The notes: a model not told the origin generated them from the sequence alone. A stretch of 64,000 nt of DNA from Chloroflexota bacterium (GCA_963662335.2 CAXXVD010000003.1:448001-512000), one strand, 5' to 3'. Shown: positions 20,830-30,849, counted from the first letter of the stretch. Numbers and translations: made by a program.

Positions 20830-21259
20830 GGCGGATTACCTCGTCTCTTGATTGGTTCGTGCAGGTGCGCTGGGTATGATTATACCTTGCCGCGCCGGTA
20901 CGCCATATGCGCTTCGACAGGCTCAGCGCGAACGGCCAATTGCCGCGTCGCCGTTCATGCTTCGATAGGCTCAGCGCGAACGGCTGCGCTACTATGCTTC
21001 TACTCATCCTGGGGGCTTAGCAAGTTCAGCACGAACGGACTATTGGCCCGCCCTTGTCAGTCCTGGTCTGTGGTTGAATCTGAAAGCCAACTGCTTGCTC
21101 CTGCCTGCAGTCATGGTTTGCAAACGAATACCCTAGATTCCTCGCTGCGCTCGGAATGACAGACGAAGTAGCCGCTCGTGGTACGATAGACGAGTGTAAG
21201 GGGACATTGAGCCACGCGCGGGCGAGGCTGTGGCGGCGCCGAGAGCGGCGGGAGAACGC

Positions 21260-22276
21260 ATGAAGTCACCCTCGAAATCTAAGAAAGAGCCGGCGGTTGC
21301 CGGAGAGCCGGCGCTTGCCGAGAGCGTGCAGGAGCGGGCGCTCGACGCCGGCGAATACGTGGCCTCGCTGCCGGAGCGGCTGGTGCGCACGGCCGCGGCC
21401 GGCGCGGGCGGCCTGGTCTACGAGACCTCGGAGGTGATCCTGCCGCCGCCGATACGGCGTTCCCAACTCTATCAATCCACGCTGGGCCGCATGTTGCGCA
21501 TCGTGGTCGAGTTCGTCGGCGGCGTCGCCGGCGGGGAGTCTACGGACGCGCTGGAGGCGAAAGACCTGGCGGTGCGCAAACTAGCCGGCAACGCGGTGGA
21601 GTTTGCCAGCATCTTCGCGGTGGGCTGGTCGCCGCTCTGGCTGCTGGCGGCGGCCGCGGACGTCACCGGCGGCACGCGCGCCTATTTGGACACGTTCGTC
21701 GCGGAACTCAAGCAATCGGGCGTGCTGGCGGCGGACGCGGACGTATCCTCGGCGGACGACCTGCTGGCGGCGCTGGGCGGCGCGTCCGGCCAGATGGCCG
21801 ACACGATCGACATTCCGCCGCTGGCGCTGGACGAAATGCGCGCCAGCCTGAGCCAATTCCGGCAAAGCGCCGAGACCTTGCCCGACCCCCGCGACATGGG
21901 GCAGATCTTTGCCGAGATGAACGAGGCCGCGGCGGAGCAGAACCGCTCGCTCTTCACGGTCTCGTCGTTGGTGGCGGCCGGCGCGATCCAGGCCGGCATC
22001 CAACTGGGCAACGTCCACCTCTTCTCGTTCTACCGCGATTCGCTCACCACGATTCGCACGGAAGGCGCGCCGGCCTACGTGCAGCGCATCAGCCAGCCGT
22101 ACCTGGAAGCCGCCGGCCGCCACCTGCATCCCGGCAGCGGCACCTATACGCAGCGCCTGCTGCGGCGGGGCCTGGAGCACGTGCGGCGGCAGCGCGCGCA
22201 GGCCGCCAACGCGGGCAGGGATGACCCGCGGGACGAGCAAGCGGGCGTGGACGGCAAAGGGCGCGCGCCGCGGTAG
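21260..22276 (+). CDS. Hypothetical protein
   Basis: Long ORF with genome-typical codon usage; first gene before coaX. Confidence 0.75.
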   Translation: MKSPSKSKKEPAVAGEPALAESVQERALDAGEYVASLPERLVRTAAAGAGGLVYETSEVILPPPIRRSQLYQSTLGRMLRIVVEFVGGVAGGESTDALEAKDLAVRKLAGNAVEFASIFAVGWSPLWLLAAAADVTGGTRAYLDTFVAELKQSGVLAADADVSSADDLLAALGGASGQMADTIDIPPLALDEMRASLSQFRQSAETLPDPRDMGQIFAEMNEAAAEQNRSLFTVSSLVAAGAIQAGIQLGNVHLFSFYRDSLTTIRTEGAPAYVQRISQPYLEAAGRHLHPGSGTYTQRLLRRGLEHVRRQRAQAANAGRDDPRDEQAGVDGKGRAPR

Positions 22277-22296
22277 GTTGCAGGGATTGGGGCTTC

Positions 22297-23064
22297 ATGC
22301 TCGTCGTCGTTGACGTGGGAAACACGAACATCGCGGTAGGGGCTTTTGCCGGGGACGACCTGCAAGGCTCCTGGCGGCTCAATACGGAGATCGGCAAAAC
22401 CGGCGACGAATACGGCGTGCAAATTGCGGGTTTTTTGCAGCACGCCGGGTTGGACGCGGCCCGCTGCCAGGACGTGATCATCTCCAGCGTGGTGCCGCCG
22501 TTGGCGCGGGCGATCCACGACGTGGCGGCCAAGTACCTGGGGCAGACGCCGATTCTGGTCGATCCTCACCGGGTGCCCGGCGTGGCGGTGGAGATCGAGC
22601 GTCCCGAGGAGGTCGGCGCCGACCGGGTGGTGAATACGGCGGCGGCGTTCGTCCGGCACGGCGGACCCTGCATCGTGATCGACTTTGGCACGGCCACCAC
22701 GTTCGACGTGGTCTCGGCGGCGGGCAACTACGTGGGCGGCGCGATTGCGCCCGGCCTGGGCCTGGCCACGGAGGCGCTGGTGGCGCACGCTTCCCGGCTC
22801 TACCGCGTGGAGTTCGAGCCGCCGGCCACCGTGGTGGGCAAGAGCACCATTCACGCGATGCAGTCGGGCATCATGCTGGGCTATCTTTCACTGGTGGAAG
22901 GCATGGTGCGGCGCTTCCACGACGAGCTTGGCAAGAGCAAGGTGGTCGCCACCGGCGGCTTTGCCCCGCTCTTTGCGCGCCACACGGCGGTGATCGACGC
23001 AGTAGACCCGAACCTGACGCTGGAAGGGCTGCGCATCGTCTACGAACGGCTGAAGCAGGCGTGA
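22297..23064 (+). CDS. coaX: Type III pantothenate kinase
   Basis: VDVGNTN, SSVVP, VGADR, IDFGTATTFD, GGAIAPG and ATGG. Confidence 0.97.
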   Translation: MLVVVDVGNTNIAVGAFAGDDLQGSWRLNTEIGKTGDEYGVQIAGFLQHAGLDAARCQDVIISSVVPPLARAIHDVAAKYLGQTPILVDPHRVPGVAVEIERPEEVGADRVVNTAAAFVRHGGPCIVIDFGTATTFDVVSAAGNYVGGAIAPGLGLATEALVAHASRLYRVEFEPPATVVGKSTIHAMQSGIMLGYLSLVEGMVRRFHDELGKSKVVATGGFAPLFARHTAVIDAVDPNLTLEGLRIVYERLKQA

Positions 23065-23189
23065 GTTGCGCAGTTTGCGCCCACTTCAAAGCGCCTGTGC
23101 GCGGCGTTTCGTTCGCGAATTTATCCTGTCCCGATAGACTGGTGTAGAGTGGAAAGCAGAAACAGCGTCGTGGTAGGGGATGGCGCCGG

Positions 23190-24416
23190 ATGAGCGTTCT
23201 CAAGGGCAAGCGCATTCTGCTGGGCGTGTGCGGCAGCATCGCCGCGTTCAAGGCCGTGGCGTTGGCGAGCCAACTCACGCAGGCCGGGGCGGAAGTAGAC
23301 GCCATTCTCACCCCGGACGCCCAGCGGTTCGTGACGCCGCTCTCGTTCAGCAGTGTCACGCAGCGGCCGGCGTACGCGGAACTCTATACGCCCACGGCGG
23401 GCCGCATCTTGCACGTGGATCTGGCGGAAGAAGCCGACCTGCTGGCGGTAATTCCCGCCACCGCCCACACGTTGGCGCGCATGGCGTACGGGCTGGCCGA
23501 CGATCTCTTGACCTGCGTGCACCTCAGCACGCGGGCGCCGGTGCTGGTCGCGCCGGCCATGGACGGCGGCATGTACACCCATCCCGCCACGCAGGCCAAC
23601 GTCAGCACGCTGCGGGAGCGCGGCGTGCACGTCGTGGAACCGCTGGACGGCCGGCTGGCGTCGGGTCTGGTGGCGCAAGGACGGCTGCCGGAAGTGGACG
23701 CGCTGCTGGCGGAAATCCGCGCCGCGCTGGGACGGGACGGCCCGCTGGCGGGCAAGACCGTGGTCGTCACCGCGGGCGGCACGCAGGAGCCGCTGGACCC
23801 GGTGCGTTTCATTGGCAACCGCTCCAGCGGCAAGATGGGGTTTGCGCTGGCCGAAGCGGCGCGGGACTGCGGCGCGCGGGTGATCCTCATACAGGGCGCT
23901 ACTACCGCGCCGCCACCGGTGGGCATGGAAACGGCGCCGGTGACGACCGCCGCCGAGATGCGGGCCGCCGTAAACGAACACTGCGAACGGGCGGACGCGC
24001 TGATAATGGCGGGCGCGGTCGCCGACTACCGCCCGCAGACCGCCCACGGCCAGAAGGTGAAACGCGCCGGCGCGCCGCTCACGCTCACGTTGGTTGAGAA
24101 TGAAGACATCGTGGCGCAGGTACCGCCCACGCTCGTCAAGGTGGGTTTCGCGGCGGAGACCGAGAACCTGCTGGACAACGCGGCGGCAAAGATCGCAAAG
24201 AAGGGACTGGACCTGATCGTCGCCAACGACGTTTCCCAGCCCGGCAGCGGCTTTGGCGCGGACACGAACCAGGTGGTGTTCCTCAGCCGGGAGCAGCCGC
24301 CGGAACCGCTGCCGCTGCTGCCCAAGTCCGAGGTGGCCGCCGCGGTGCTGGAGCGGGTGGCGGCGCTGGTGCAACGGCGAGCCGGTGAATCCCCTCTCCC
24401 CGAGGGAGAGGGCTAG
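23190..24416 (+). CDS. coaBC: Phosphopantothenoylcysteine decarboxylase/ligase
   Basis: GSIAAFKA, APAM, TAGGTQEPLDPVRFIGNRSSGKMG, VGFAAET and IVANDV. Confidence 0.97.
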   Translation: MSVLKGKRILLGVCGSIAAFKAVALASQLTQAGAEVDAILTPDAQRFVTPLSFSSVTQRPAYAELYTPTAGRILHVDLAEEADLLAVIPATAHTLARMAYGLADDLLTCVHLSTRAPVLVAPAMDGGMYTHPATQANVSTLRERGVHVVEPLDGRLASGLVAQGRLPEVDALLAEIRAALGRDGPLAGKTVVVTAGGTQEPLDPVRFIGNRSSGKMGFALAEAARDCGARVILIQGATTAPPPVGMETAPVTTAAEMRAAVNEHCERADALIMAGAVADYRPQTAHGQKVKRAGAPLTLTLVENEDIVAQVPPTLVKVGFAAETENLLDNAAAKIAKKGLDLIVANDVSQPGSGFGADTNQVVFLSREQPPEPLPLLPKSEVAAAVLERVAALVQRRAGESPLPEGEG

Positions 24417-24425
24417 GGTGAGGGT
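24390..24425. repeat. Palindromic repeat family C (CCCTCACCCCGGCCCTCTCCC-N3-4-GGGAGAGGG)
   Basis: Copies at about 19813-19845, 25780-25810, 33428-33460, 34958-34990, 35177-35209, 44858-44890 and 52693-52724. Confidence 0.88.
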
Positions 24426-24589
24426 TCTCGGATTCCAAAGCCCCTGAACTGGTAGAAAGGGATTGAGAAGGGAATTGTATACGAGAGTAAACAGGGTATA
24501 GTAGAACCTCCGCCTACTGATAACCCTTGAAGCGTTTTCGGGAAACCCTTGACAGGCTGTGTCAGGGGTCGGTAGAATGCAAGGAGAGG

Positions 24590-24663
24590 TGCCCCTGGCG
24601 GGACTCGAACCCGCAGCCTCCCAGTTAGCAGCCGGGCGCTCAATCCAATTGAGCTACAGGGGC
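24590..24663 (-). tRNA. Class I tRNA with anticodon GCT (Ser by anticodon, Arg-like body)
   Basis: GCCCCTG-TA-GCTC-AATTGGATT-GAGC-G-CCCGG-CTGCTAA-CTGGG-AGGCT-GCGGG-TTCGAGT-CCCGC-CAGGGGC-A; all stems pair; CCA is not encoded. Confidence 0.9.
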
Positions 24664-24673
24664 ACCTTTTGCA

Positions 24674-24702
24674 ATTCTATATCACCGAGCAATGTTCGTC
24701 CA
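24674..24702 (-). promoter_or_regulatory. Sigma70-type promoter for the tRNA
   Basis: TGGACG-N17-TAGAAT ending 10 nt before the tRNA 5' end. Confidence 0.65.
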
Positions 24703-24721
24703 CCCTCTCGGCGGGCAAACG

Positions 24722-24746
24722 GAAACCCCCGGCGCTAGCCGGGGGT
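24722..24746 (-). terminator. Hairpin terminator after the 24823-25581 gene
   Basis: ACCCCCGGC/GCCGGGGGT stem followed by TTCCGTTT on the minus strand. Confidence 0.55.
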
Positions 24747-24822
24747 CATGGGGTTGAATCTAATCATCGCTGTCATCGCCTCTTTGCGGATCAGTCAATC
24801 TTATCTATTTTCCTCCAGTCGC

Positions 24823-25581
24823 TCATTCTTCAAAGAAGTATTCTTCCCCGCCATGCATCAGCATGTGATAGTCGCCAGGCGATTGCATCTCCGCTTTGCT
24901 TGGGTCTAGCTCATTGGCCGGCATTTCCCGGAGTAGAGCATGGGCGAACAGCGCATCCATCTTTCCAACCACGAAGAACTCCGGCTGTTGGCTGGCGCGG
25001 TCCCGCGTGATGCTCACTGTCTCGTCGTCCGCCAACTCAATGGCGACAATCTTGTTGAAGTTGACCCGGAAAGACCGCTCACCGCTGAAGTAGACGTGCT
25101 TGGTGGTAACGGCCATGATGCCTGTGCCACGGTCGAGGATCTCTTCGTACTCGACTGGCACGCCTTCCGACGCCCCGCCTCGCAGATAGACGCCTTTGGC
25201 TACCCGCACACTTGCCCCTCCTGAACGCCCGGATATTCTGCGGCTTGCGCGTTGCTCGAAGTAGCCTACGTTATCGAATACGTAGATGAGGTGCTCAGAC
25301 TTCAAGAACTTGAACGGCAGCGCCCCGTGGTTGCCCGACCAATCAATCTCAGGCAACTTGCCGTCATCGAGGATGTACAAGATGTTTTGCTGCATCTGCT
25401 GATGTTGCGCTATTGCCCGCTTCTCTCGTTCTTGCTTTCTAAAGAGTGCCTGTCTATCTTGCTCCTCCGCTTCCCGTTTGGCTTCCCGTTCTCGTTCTAT
25501 GGCTTCCAGTTCAGCCTGATGCCTGCGCCTGCTGGCTTCTTTGCTCTCGGCAATCTTGCGCTTCACGAAACTGAGCATCAT
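24823..25581 (-). CDS. Hypothetical protein (coiled-coil N-terminus, beta-rich C-domain), island gene
   Basis: AAAGGAGG RBS; GASVRVAKGVYLR...DRG...VTTKHVYF; atypical codon usage. Confidence 0.78.
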   Translation of the reverse strand: MMLSFVKRKIAESKEASRRRHQAELEAIEREREAKREAEEQDRQALFRKQEREKRAIAQHQQMQQNILYILDDGKLPEIDWSGNHGALPFKFLKSEHLIYVFDNVGYFEQRASRRISGRSGGASVRVAKGVYLRGGASEGVPVEYEEILDRGTGIMAVTTKHVYFSGERSFRVNFNKIVAIELADDETVSITRDRASQQPEFFVVGKMDALFAHALLREMPANELDPSKAEMQSPGDYHMLMHGGEEYFFEE

Positions 25582-25901
25582 GCGCCTCCTTTGCGGCACG
25601 AGCAGGGCAGCTACAGGCCATAGCTAACTCACCGACGCCGCACCCCAAGGAAGACGCATGACACTTTGACTAGGCTTCCGCCTCTCATTTGCGGAGAATG
25701 TGAGGCTAACTGTGGCGAAAGTATCATACCATACGTGCATCCCTGATAACCACCTATCGTGTATTGTCACGCAATTAGTCCCCTCACCCCGGCCCTCTCC
25801 CCAGAGAGAGAGTAATTTCGTTTCTCGGCTTGAGTTACGCAAAGGTTTCCATAGGGAGAGGCAGTGATTGCCTGCGGCGGAGCGAGCGCGGGCGCCGTTC
25901 C

Positions 25902-25930
25902 TTGACGCGGCGCGGCGCGCTCCGTATAAT
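25902..25930 (+). promoter_or_regulatory. Sigma70-type promoter upstream of groES
   Basis: TTGACG-N17-TATAAT. Confidence 0.75.
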
Positions 25931-26024
25931 GACGGTATATGTCACGTGAACCGGGCGGTGCGTGAGCACGCGCTCGGTAGTGTTGCGTAGTAGTATCTCC
26001 GATGAATCGGGAGGATTGGTACGG

Positions 26025-26330
26025 ATGGCGACTGCGATTAGTGTCAAGATTACCCCGCTGGGTGATCGTGTGGTTGTGAAGGCTCTTGAGCAAGAAGAGA
26101 AGACTCGTAGTGGAATCGTGCTGCCGGATACCGCCAAAGAAAAGCCCCAGGAGGGCGAGGTGGTGGCGGTGGGCGCCGGCCGCACCCTGGATAGCGGCGA
26201 GAAGGTCTCGGTTCAGGTAGAGCCGGGCCAGAAGATCCTCTTTGCCAAGTACGCCGGCACCGAGGTTAAGCTGGGCGACGACGAGTACCTGATCCTCAGC
26301 GAGAAGGACGTGCTGGCGATTCTGGACTAG
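26025..26330 (+). CDS. groES: Co-chaperonin GroES
   Basis: [30 protein letters not shown] and KYAGTEV. Confidence 0.98.
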   Translation: MATAISVKITPLGDRVVVKALEQEEKTRSGIVLPDTAKEKPQEGEVVAVGAGRTLDSGEKVSVQVEPGQKILFAKYAGTEVKLGDDEYLILSEKDVLAILD

Positions 26331-26685
26331 CCGGCGCCTGCGATTGCCGCCGCGCGCGTGGGCAATTCGGCTTGACTGACGGCCCTCGCGCGGGAACTGA
26401 GCAATTGTAATGCGATGATCCGGAGGGCCGCGCCCGCGCGCGTTCCGGCTTTCCACACGACCGGGGATGAAGCGCTGCAACATTCGGTAACGCGCTCCCT
26501 CCCCGGTTTTGTTTTGTCTTGCCCTTGCGGTGTGCCGTCCCGGTTGTGTATCGTACACACAGGACGCCGCCCGAGGGGGCGCGCCGCAATGAGGATTGAA
26601 CCGCCGCCGCGCACGTTCGCAGCGCCGTGGCGATGCCGGACACAGACCAAGAAGCGCTAGGTGATTGGGAGAAACAGGAAGAAAA

Positions 26686-28299
26686 ATGCCGCAACAACGC
26701 CTGCTACTGGAACCGGAAGCAAAAGAAGCCTTCAAGCGCGGCTTCGACACCATGGCCGACGTGCTGAAGGTGACCCTGGGGCCCAAGGCGCGCACCGTCG
26801 CCCTGGAGAGCATGTCCCAGCGCACCGCCGCGCCGGAGATCATGAACGACGGCGCCACGATCGCGCGCCGCATCGTGGAATTGCCGGACCGCTTCGAGAA
26901 CATGGGCGCGATGCTCATCCGCCACCTGGCCTGGCACGTGGGCGAGCAGGCCGGCGACGGCACCACCACCACCGCCGTGATTGCCCAGTCGATCCTCGAC
27001 CAGGCGTACAAGGCGATGGCCGCGGGCTTCAATCCCATGGCCTTGCGCAGGGGCATCGAGCGCGCCGCCAAGGTCATGCTGGACGAAATCGAAACGCTCA
27101 CCAAGACCCTGGATACCCGCGAGGAAATCAAGCGGCTGGCGAGCGTGGTCTGCCTGGACGACTACATGGGCGCGCTCATCGGCGAAATCGTGGAGACGCT
27201 GGGCCGGGACGCCATCATCATGGTTGAAGAATCCCGCAGCATGAACCGCGTCGACCGCGAGTACGTGGAGGGCATGCAGTGGGACAAGGGCTACCTCTCG
27301 CCTTACTTCATCACCAACCCGGACCGCATGGACTGCACCATCGAATCGCCTTTCGTCTTGGTGACCGACCGCCAACTCAAGCGCGCCGAAGAGGTCATTC
27401 CCGCGCTGGAGGCCGTGAAGTCGGTGGGCGGCAAGAGCCTGGTCGTCTTTGCGAATCTGGTGGAAGCCGAAGCGCTCGCCACGCTGGTGGTCAATAAGCA
27501 AGAGGGCGAAATCCAGACCCTGGCGATCAAAGCGCCCGGCGCCGGCAACCGCATGGTGCACATCCTGGAAGATATTGCCATCATGACCGGCGGCACGTTC
27601 GTCTCCGACGACTCCGGCGACTTGACGGAAGACATCACCGCGGCCGACCTGGGCCGCGCGCGGCGCATCTGGTGCAACCGCGACTTCTTTACCATCGTTG
27701 GCGGCATGGGCAGCGAGGTCGCCATCCGCCGCCGCATCCAGGAGGTCAAGAAACTCATTCCGGACGAGAAGAACGACTTCGAGCGCAACAAGATGCGCGA
27801 GCGCATTGGCAAGCTCAGCGGCGGCATCGCCATCCTGAAAGTGGGCGGCTATACCGAGGCCGAGATGAAGGAGAAGAAACTGCGCGCCGACGACGCCATG
27901 CTGGCCGTGCGCGCGGCGCTGGAGGAGGGCGTGGTGCCCGGCGGCGGCATTGCCTACATCCACGCCGCCAAAGCCCTGCGCAAGCTGAAGGCCAGCGACG
28001 AGGAAGAGGCCTACGGCATCCGCATGATGGCGGAGGCGGCGGAGGCCCCCCTGCGCCAGATTCTCCTGAACGGCGGCTACGATCCGGAGGCGATCATCGC
28101 CGACATCTACCGGCGGCGCTATCCCACCGGCTTCGACGCCCACAACGGCAAGTTCGTCAACATGATTCGCGAGGGCATCGTGGACCCGATCAAGGTGGTG
28201 CGTGCGGCCCTGAGCAAAGGCGTCAGCGGCGGCGTGATGGGCATGACCACGGAAGCCCTGATCTCGCCGGGCAAGTACGACATGAACGTGAATCCGTAA
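26686..28299 (+). CDS. groEL: Divergent GroEL-family chaperonin
   Basis: VTLGPK, NDGATIA, GDGTTT, EGMQWDKGYLSPYF, EEGVVPGGG and GIVDP; no GGM tail. Confidence 0.92.
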   Translation: MPQQRLLLEPEAKEAFKRGFDTMADVLKVTLGPKARTVALESMSQRTAAPEIMNDGATIARRIVELPDRFENMGAMLIRHLAWHVGEQAGDGTTTTAVIAQSILDQAYKAMAAGFNPMALRRGIERAAKVMLDEIETLTKTLDTREEIKRLASVVCLDDYMGALIGEIVETLGRDAIIMVEESRSMNRVDREYVEGMQWDKGYLSPYFITNPDRMDCTIESPFVLVTDRQLKRAEEVIPALEAVKSVGGKSLVVFANLVEAEALATLVVNKQEGEIQTLAIKAPGAGNRMVHILEDIAIMTGGTFVSDDSGDLTEDITAADLGRARRIWCNRDFFTIVGGMGSEVAIRRRIQEVKKLIPDEKNDFERNKMRERIGKLSGGIAILKVGGYTEAEMKEKKLRADDAMLAVRAALEEGVVPGGGIAYIHAAKALRKLKASDEEEAYGIRMMAEAAEAPLRQILLNGGYDPEAIIADIYRRRYPTGFDAHNGKFVNMIREGIVDPIKVVRAALSKGVSGGVMGMTTEALISPGKYDMNVNP

Positions 28300-28527
28300 C
28301 GCGGCCGTTGGGCGCTAAGCACTCTGTCAATACTCCAAGATAACGCGGCGGACACTGTCATTCCTGCAAAAGTGGGAATCCATTGGGGTGCGCGGAAAGG
28401 TTAATTCCTGCGTCCGCAGGAATGACGGAGCCCGATGCGGAGTTCTTCGACTAATCGCGGTTAGGAATTTGGCCGTCTTGTTTACGGAGCGCCGCATGCG
28501 GATGGGTCCGCCCAGGAGCGAACCGAG

Positions 28528-28956
28528 ATGACGACGGAACCCACCGAGCGCATCGCCATCAGCCGCGTGTGGCTGGCCGGCGGCGGCGCGTTCGTGATTT
28601 CCGTGCTCGCCAACGTCATCGTGCGCACCGCCGTGATGGCGTTCTTTCCCATTTCGCCGCTCTTCCTCGCATTGGAGACGTGGCAGCCGATCGTCGTGTT
28701 TACGCTCATCGGCGTCTTTGGCGCCACCGTGGTCTTTGCCATCCTCGCCCGGCTGACCGCCCGCGCCATCATCATCTACCGCTGGCTGGCGGGCGTTCTG
28801 CTCCTCGTCTCCTTCATCCCAAACATCCTCATGCTCGTCGTCGACGCCCCCGGCGCCACCGTCCCTGCCGTCATCAGCCTCATGGTCATGCATGTCCTCA
28901 CCGCCGGCATCACGGTGGCCCTACTCACCACCTGGCCGCGGACGAGTCTCCGCTAG
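28528..28956 (+). CDS. Small four-TM membrane protein (DUF6069-like)
   Basis: Four hydrophobic segments, VLLLVSFIP and LMVMHV. Confidence 0.7.
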   Translation: MTTEPTERIAISRVWLAGGGAFVISVLANVIVRTAVMAFFPISPLFLALETWQPIVVFTLIGVFGATVVFAILARLTARAIIIYRWLAGVLLLVSFIPNILMLVVDAPGATVPAVISLMVMHVLTAGITVALLTTWPRTSLR

Positions 28957-29267
28957 AGAGGTCCAAGTGCCCTCGAAGTTACCTCATTTGACTTTAGCGT
29001 TTGTGGAGAATAGCCTAAGTGTCATTGCGCCATCGAAAGTCACCTTCCCTGTGCTTTGACTGTCTTGGCTCAGTTATGTGCGCCAAGCCCCTAAACTTTA
29101 GAACTGTGTGGTCACTTGAGTGCTGCAAGTCTCATTAGAATTGTATAATGAGAATATCGTTTTGCTTCACCCGTTGTAGGCAGTTTACTCTACACACAAT
29201 AGTCGAATACTCTGCCCATCCATATTGTGCTCGTTACCGTCAGGTTCCTTACAGGAGGATGTGAACA

Positions 29268-30656
29268 TTGAGTGACACTGAAAGTTTTGCATGTGAACAA
29301 GGGGAGTTTACGGATGTCGAGGGTGCACCCTTTGCTTATGATGCAGGGTTGATTGATCAAATTGAGGAACTAGATTGTCGCGTTCGAGCAATGCGCGAGG
29401 TAGGCAAGTTGGCGCCAGAAGTTCTGGGACGAATTCGTCAGTACTTCCGCATAAAGAGCATTTATCACTCAAACGCAATAGAGGGCAACCTGCTTGACAT
29501 CGGCGAGACGCGCCAGGTTGTTGAGGCAGGCTTGACGATTGCAGGAAAACCTCTCAAGGATCAAGCTGAAGCGAAGAACCTAAACCAAGCTCTAGATTTC
29601 TTGGAACAGTTGGCATCTAGCACAGAGGAACAAATATCGATTAGCGACATAAGGCAAATCCACAAGCTAATCCTTCAAGGAATTGACGATGACAATGCTG
29701 GGGCGTACCGAAGTGTAGATGTGGCAATTTCGGGGTCGGACTTTTCTCCTCCCGAACCGATTGATGTCGAACCCCAAATGCGGGATTTCATTGAGTGGTT
29801 GGGCCCTGCTTCGCTCAAGTTCGGTGAAGATATCATTGAGACTGCTGCCGCCTGTCATGCCTGGTTCGCTCAAGTTCACCCGTTTGCAGATGGCAACGGA
29901 CGAACTGCTCGTATCCTGATGAACCTCGTCTTGATGAGAGCCGGGTACCCCATCGCAGTGATTACACGTGACGATCGAGCGCGTTACTACGATGCTCTAG
30001 AGGAATCCCAGGCATCGGACTTAACTCCATTCATCGCACTAATACTTGAGTGTGTTTCTGAAACTCTCGAAGAGTACGAACAGGCAGCAGAGGAACAAAG
30101 GGAGCAAACCGAGTGGGCTGAATCGTTAGCCAGCCAATTCACTCAATCTGAGCAAATCCGCGCAAGAAACGAGTACGAACTTTGGAAAAGCGCTATGGAA
30201 CTCTTGGTCAACCACTATCAACAGCTTGTGCATCGGCTGGATGAGAGCGCCCAGCTTGGTAGAGTATACATAACCGTTTTTGGCGTCCTTGGATATGAGA
30301 AATACCTCGCGCTTAGTCAGAGGCAGTCAGCCAAGAAGACATGGTTCTTCCGAGTCGATTTTCGAAGTGGAGAAAAGTCAGCTAGGTATCTTCACTTCTT
30401 CGGTTACTCAAGCCCCCCTATGTCAGATCACGCAAGGGTCTCACTCTATTTGTCGAGAGAGGAGTCTCCGTTCTACTTTGAGAAGCTTGACAACTTGAGC
30501 ACGCCAAATGTACCGCCTTTGCGCGAAATTGGGTATGCGACAAGGGATGAGTTGTTTGTCGCGCGTTACGGCTATGCCCAGTGTGAAAAATCCAAAATAG
30601 AGAAAATCGCCACTGGCTTCTTTGAGGATGTAATCAGGTTTCACTTTAAACAATAG
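29268..30656 (+). CDS. Fic-domain protein with an uncharacterised C-terminal extension (lower-GC island)
   Basis: Catalytic HPFADGNGRTAR; autoinhibitory SNAIEGN; AGGAGG RBS. Confidence 0.93.
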   Translation: MSDTESFACEQGEFTDVEGAPFAYDAGLIDQIEELDCRVRAMREVGKLAPEVLGRIRQYFRIKSIYHSNAIEGNLLDIGETRQVVEAGLTIAGKPLKDQAEAKNLNQALDFLEQLASSTEEQISISDIRQIHKLILQGIDDDNAGAYRSVDVAISGSDFSPPEPIDVEPQMRDFIEWLGPASLKFGEDIIETAAACHAWFAQVHPFADGNGRTARILMNLVLMRAGYPIAVITRDDRARYYDALEESQASDLTPFIALILECVSETLEEYEQAAEEQREQTEWAESLASQFTQSEQIRARNEYELWKSAMELLVNHYQQLVHRLDESAQLGRVYITVFGVLGYEKYLALSQRQSAKKTWFFRVDFRSGEKSARYLHFFGYSSPPMSDHARVSLYLSREESPFYFEKLDNLSTPNVPPLREIGYATRDELFVARYGYAQCEKSKIEKIATGFFEDVIRFHFKQ

Positions 30657-30849
30657 AGCGGACACATAGCACCATCTAGACAACTTAGAAGCGATGCACG
30701 TATAGGAACCAATTGCGTGTTAGTCGCAAGTTCAACTGGCACTTGCGATTGATTAGTATACACACTGTTCTACAGGACTAATGCTAATGGAGGAGCGGCC
30801 TAGTCTTGTGACAGGTACAGTGTCCTGAAGCTTGCGGAAGTTTTGCAGA

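Noticed and set aside
25960-25992. CIRCE operator before groES
   Set aside because: Only a loose half-site resemblance; spacing and the second arm do not fit TTAGCACTC-N9-GAGTGCTAA
26704-28143. Long antisense or alternate-frame ORFs (also 7471-8700, 11598-12974, 42091-43479, 48603-50123 and others)
   Set aside because: Shadows of real genes caused by high GC3 bias; no motifs and no RBS
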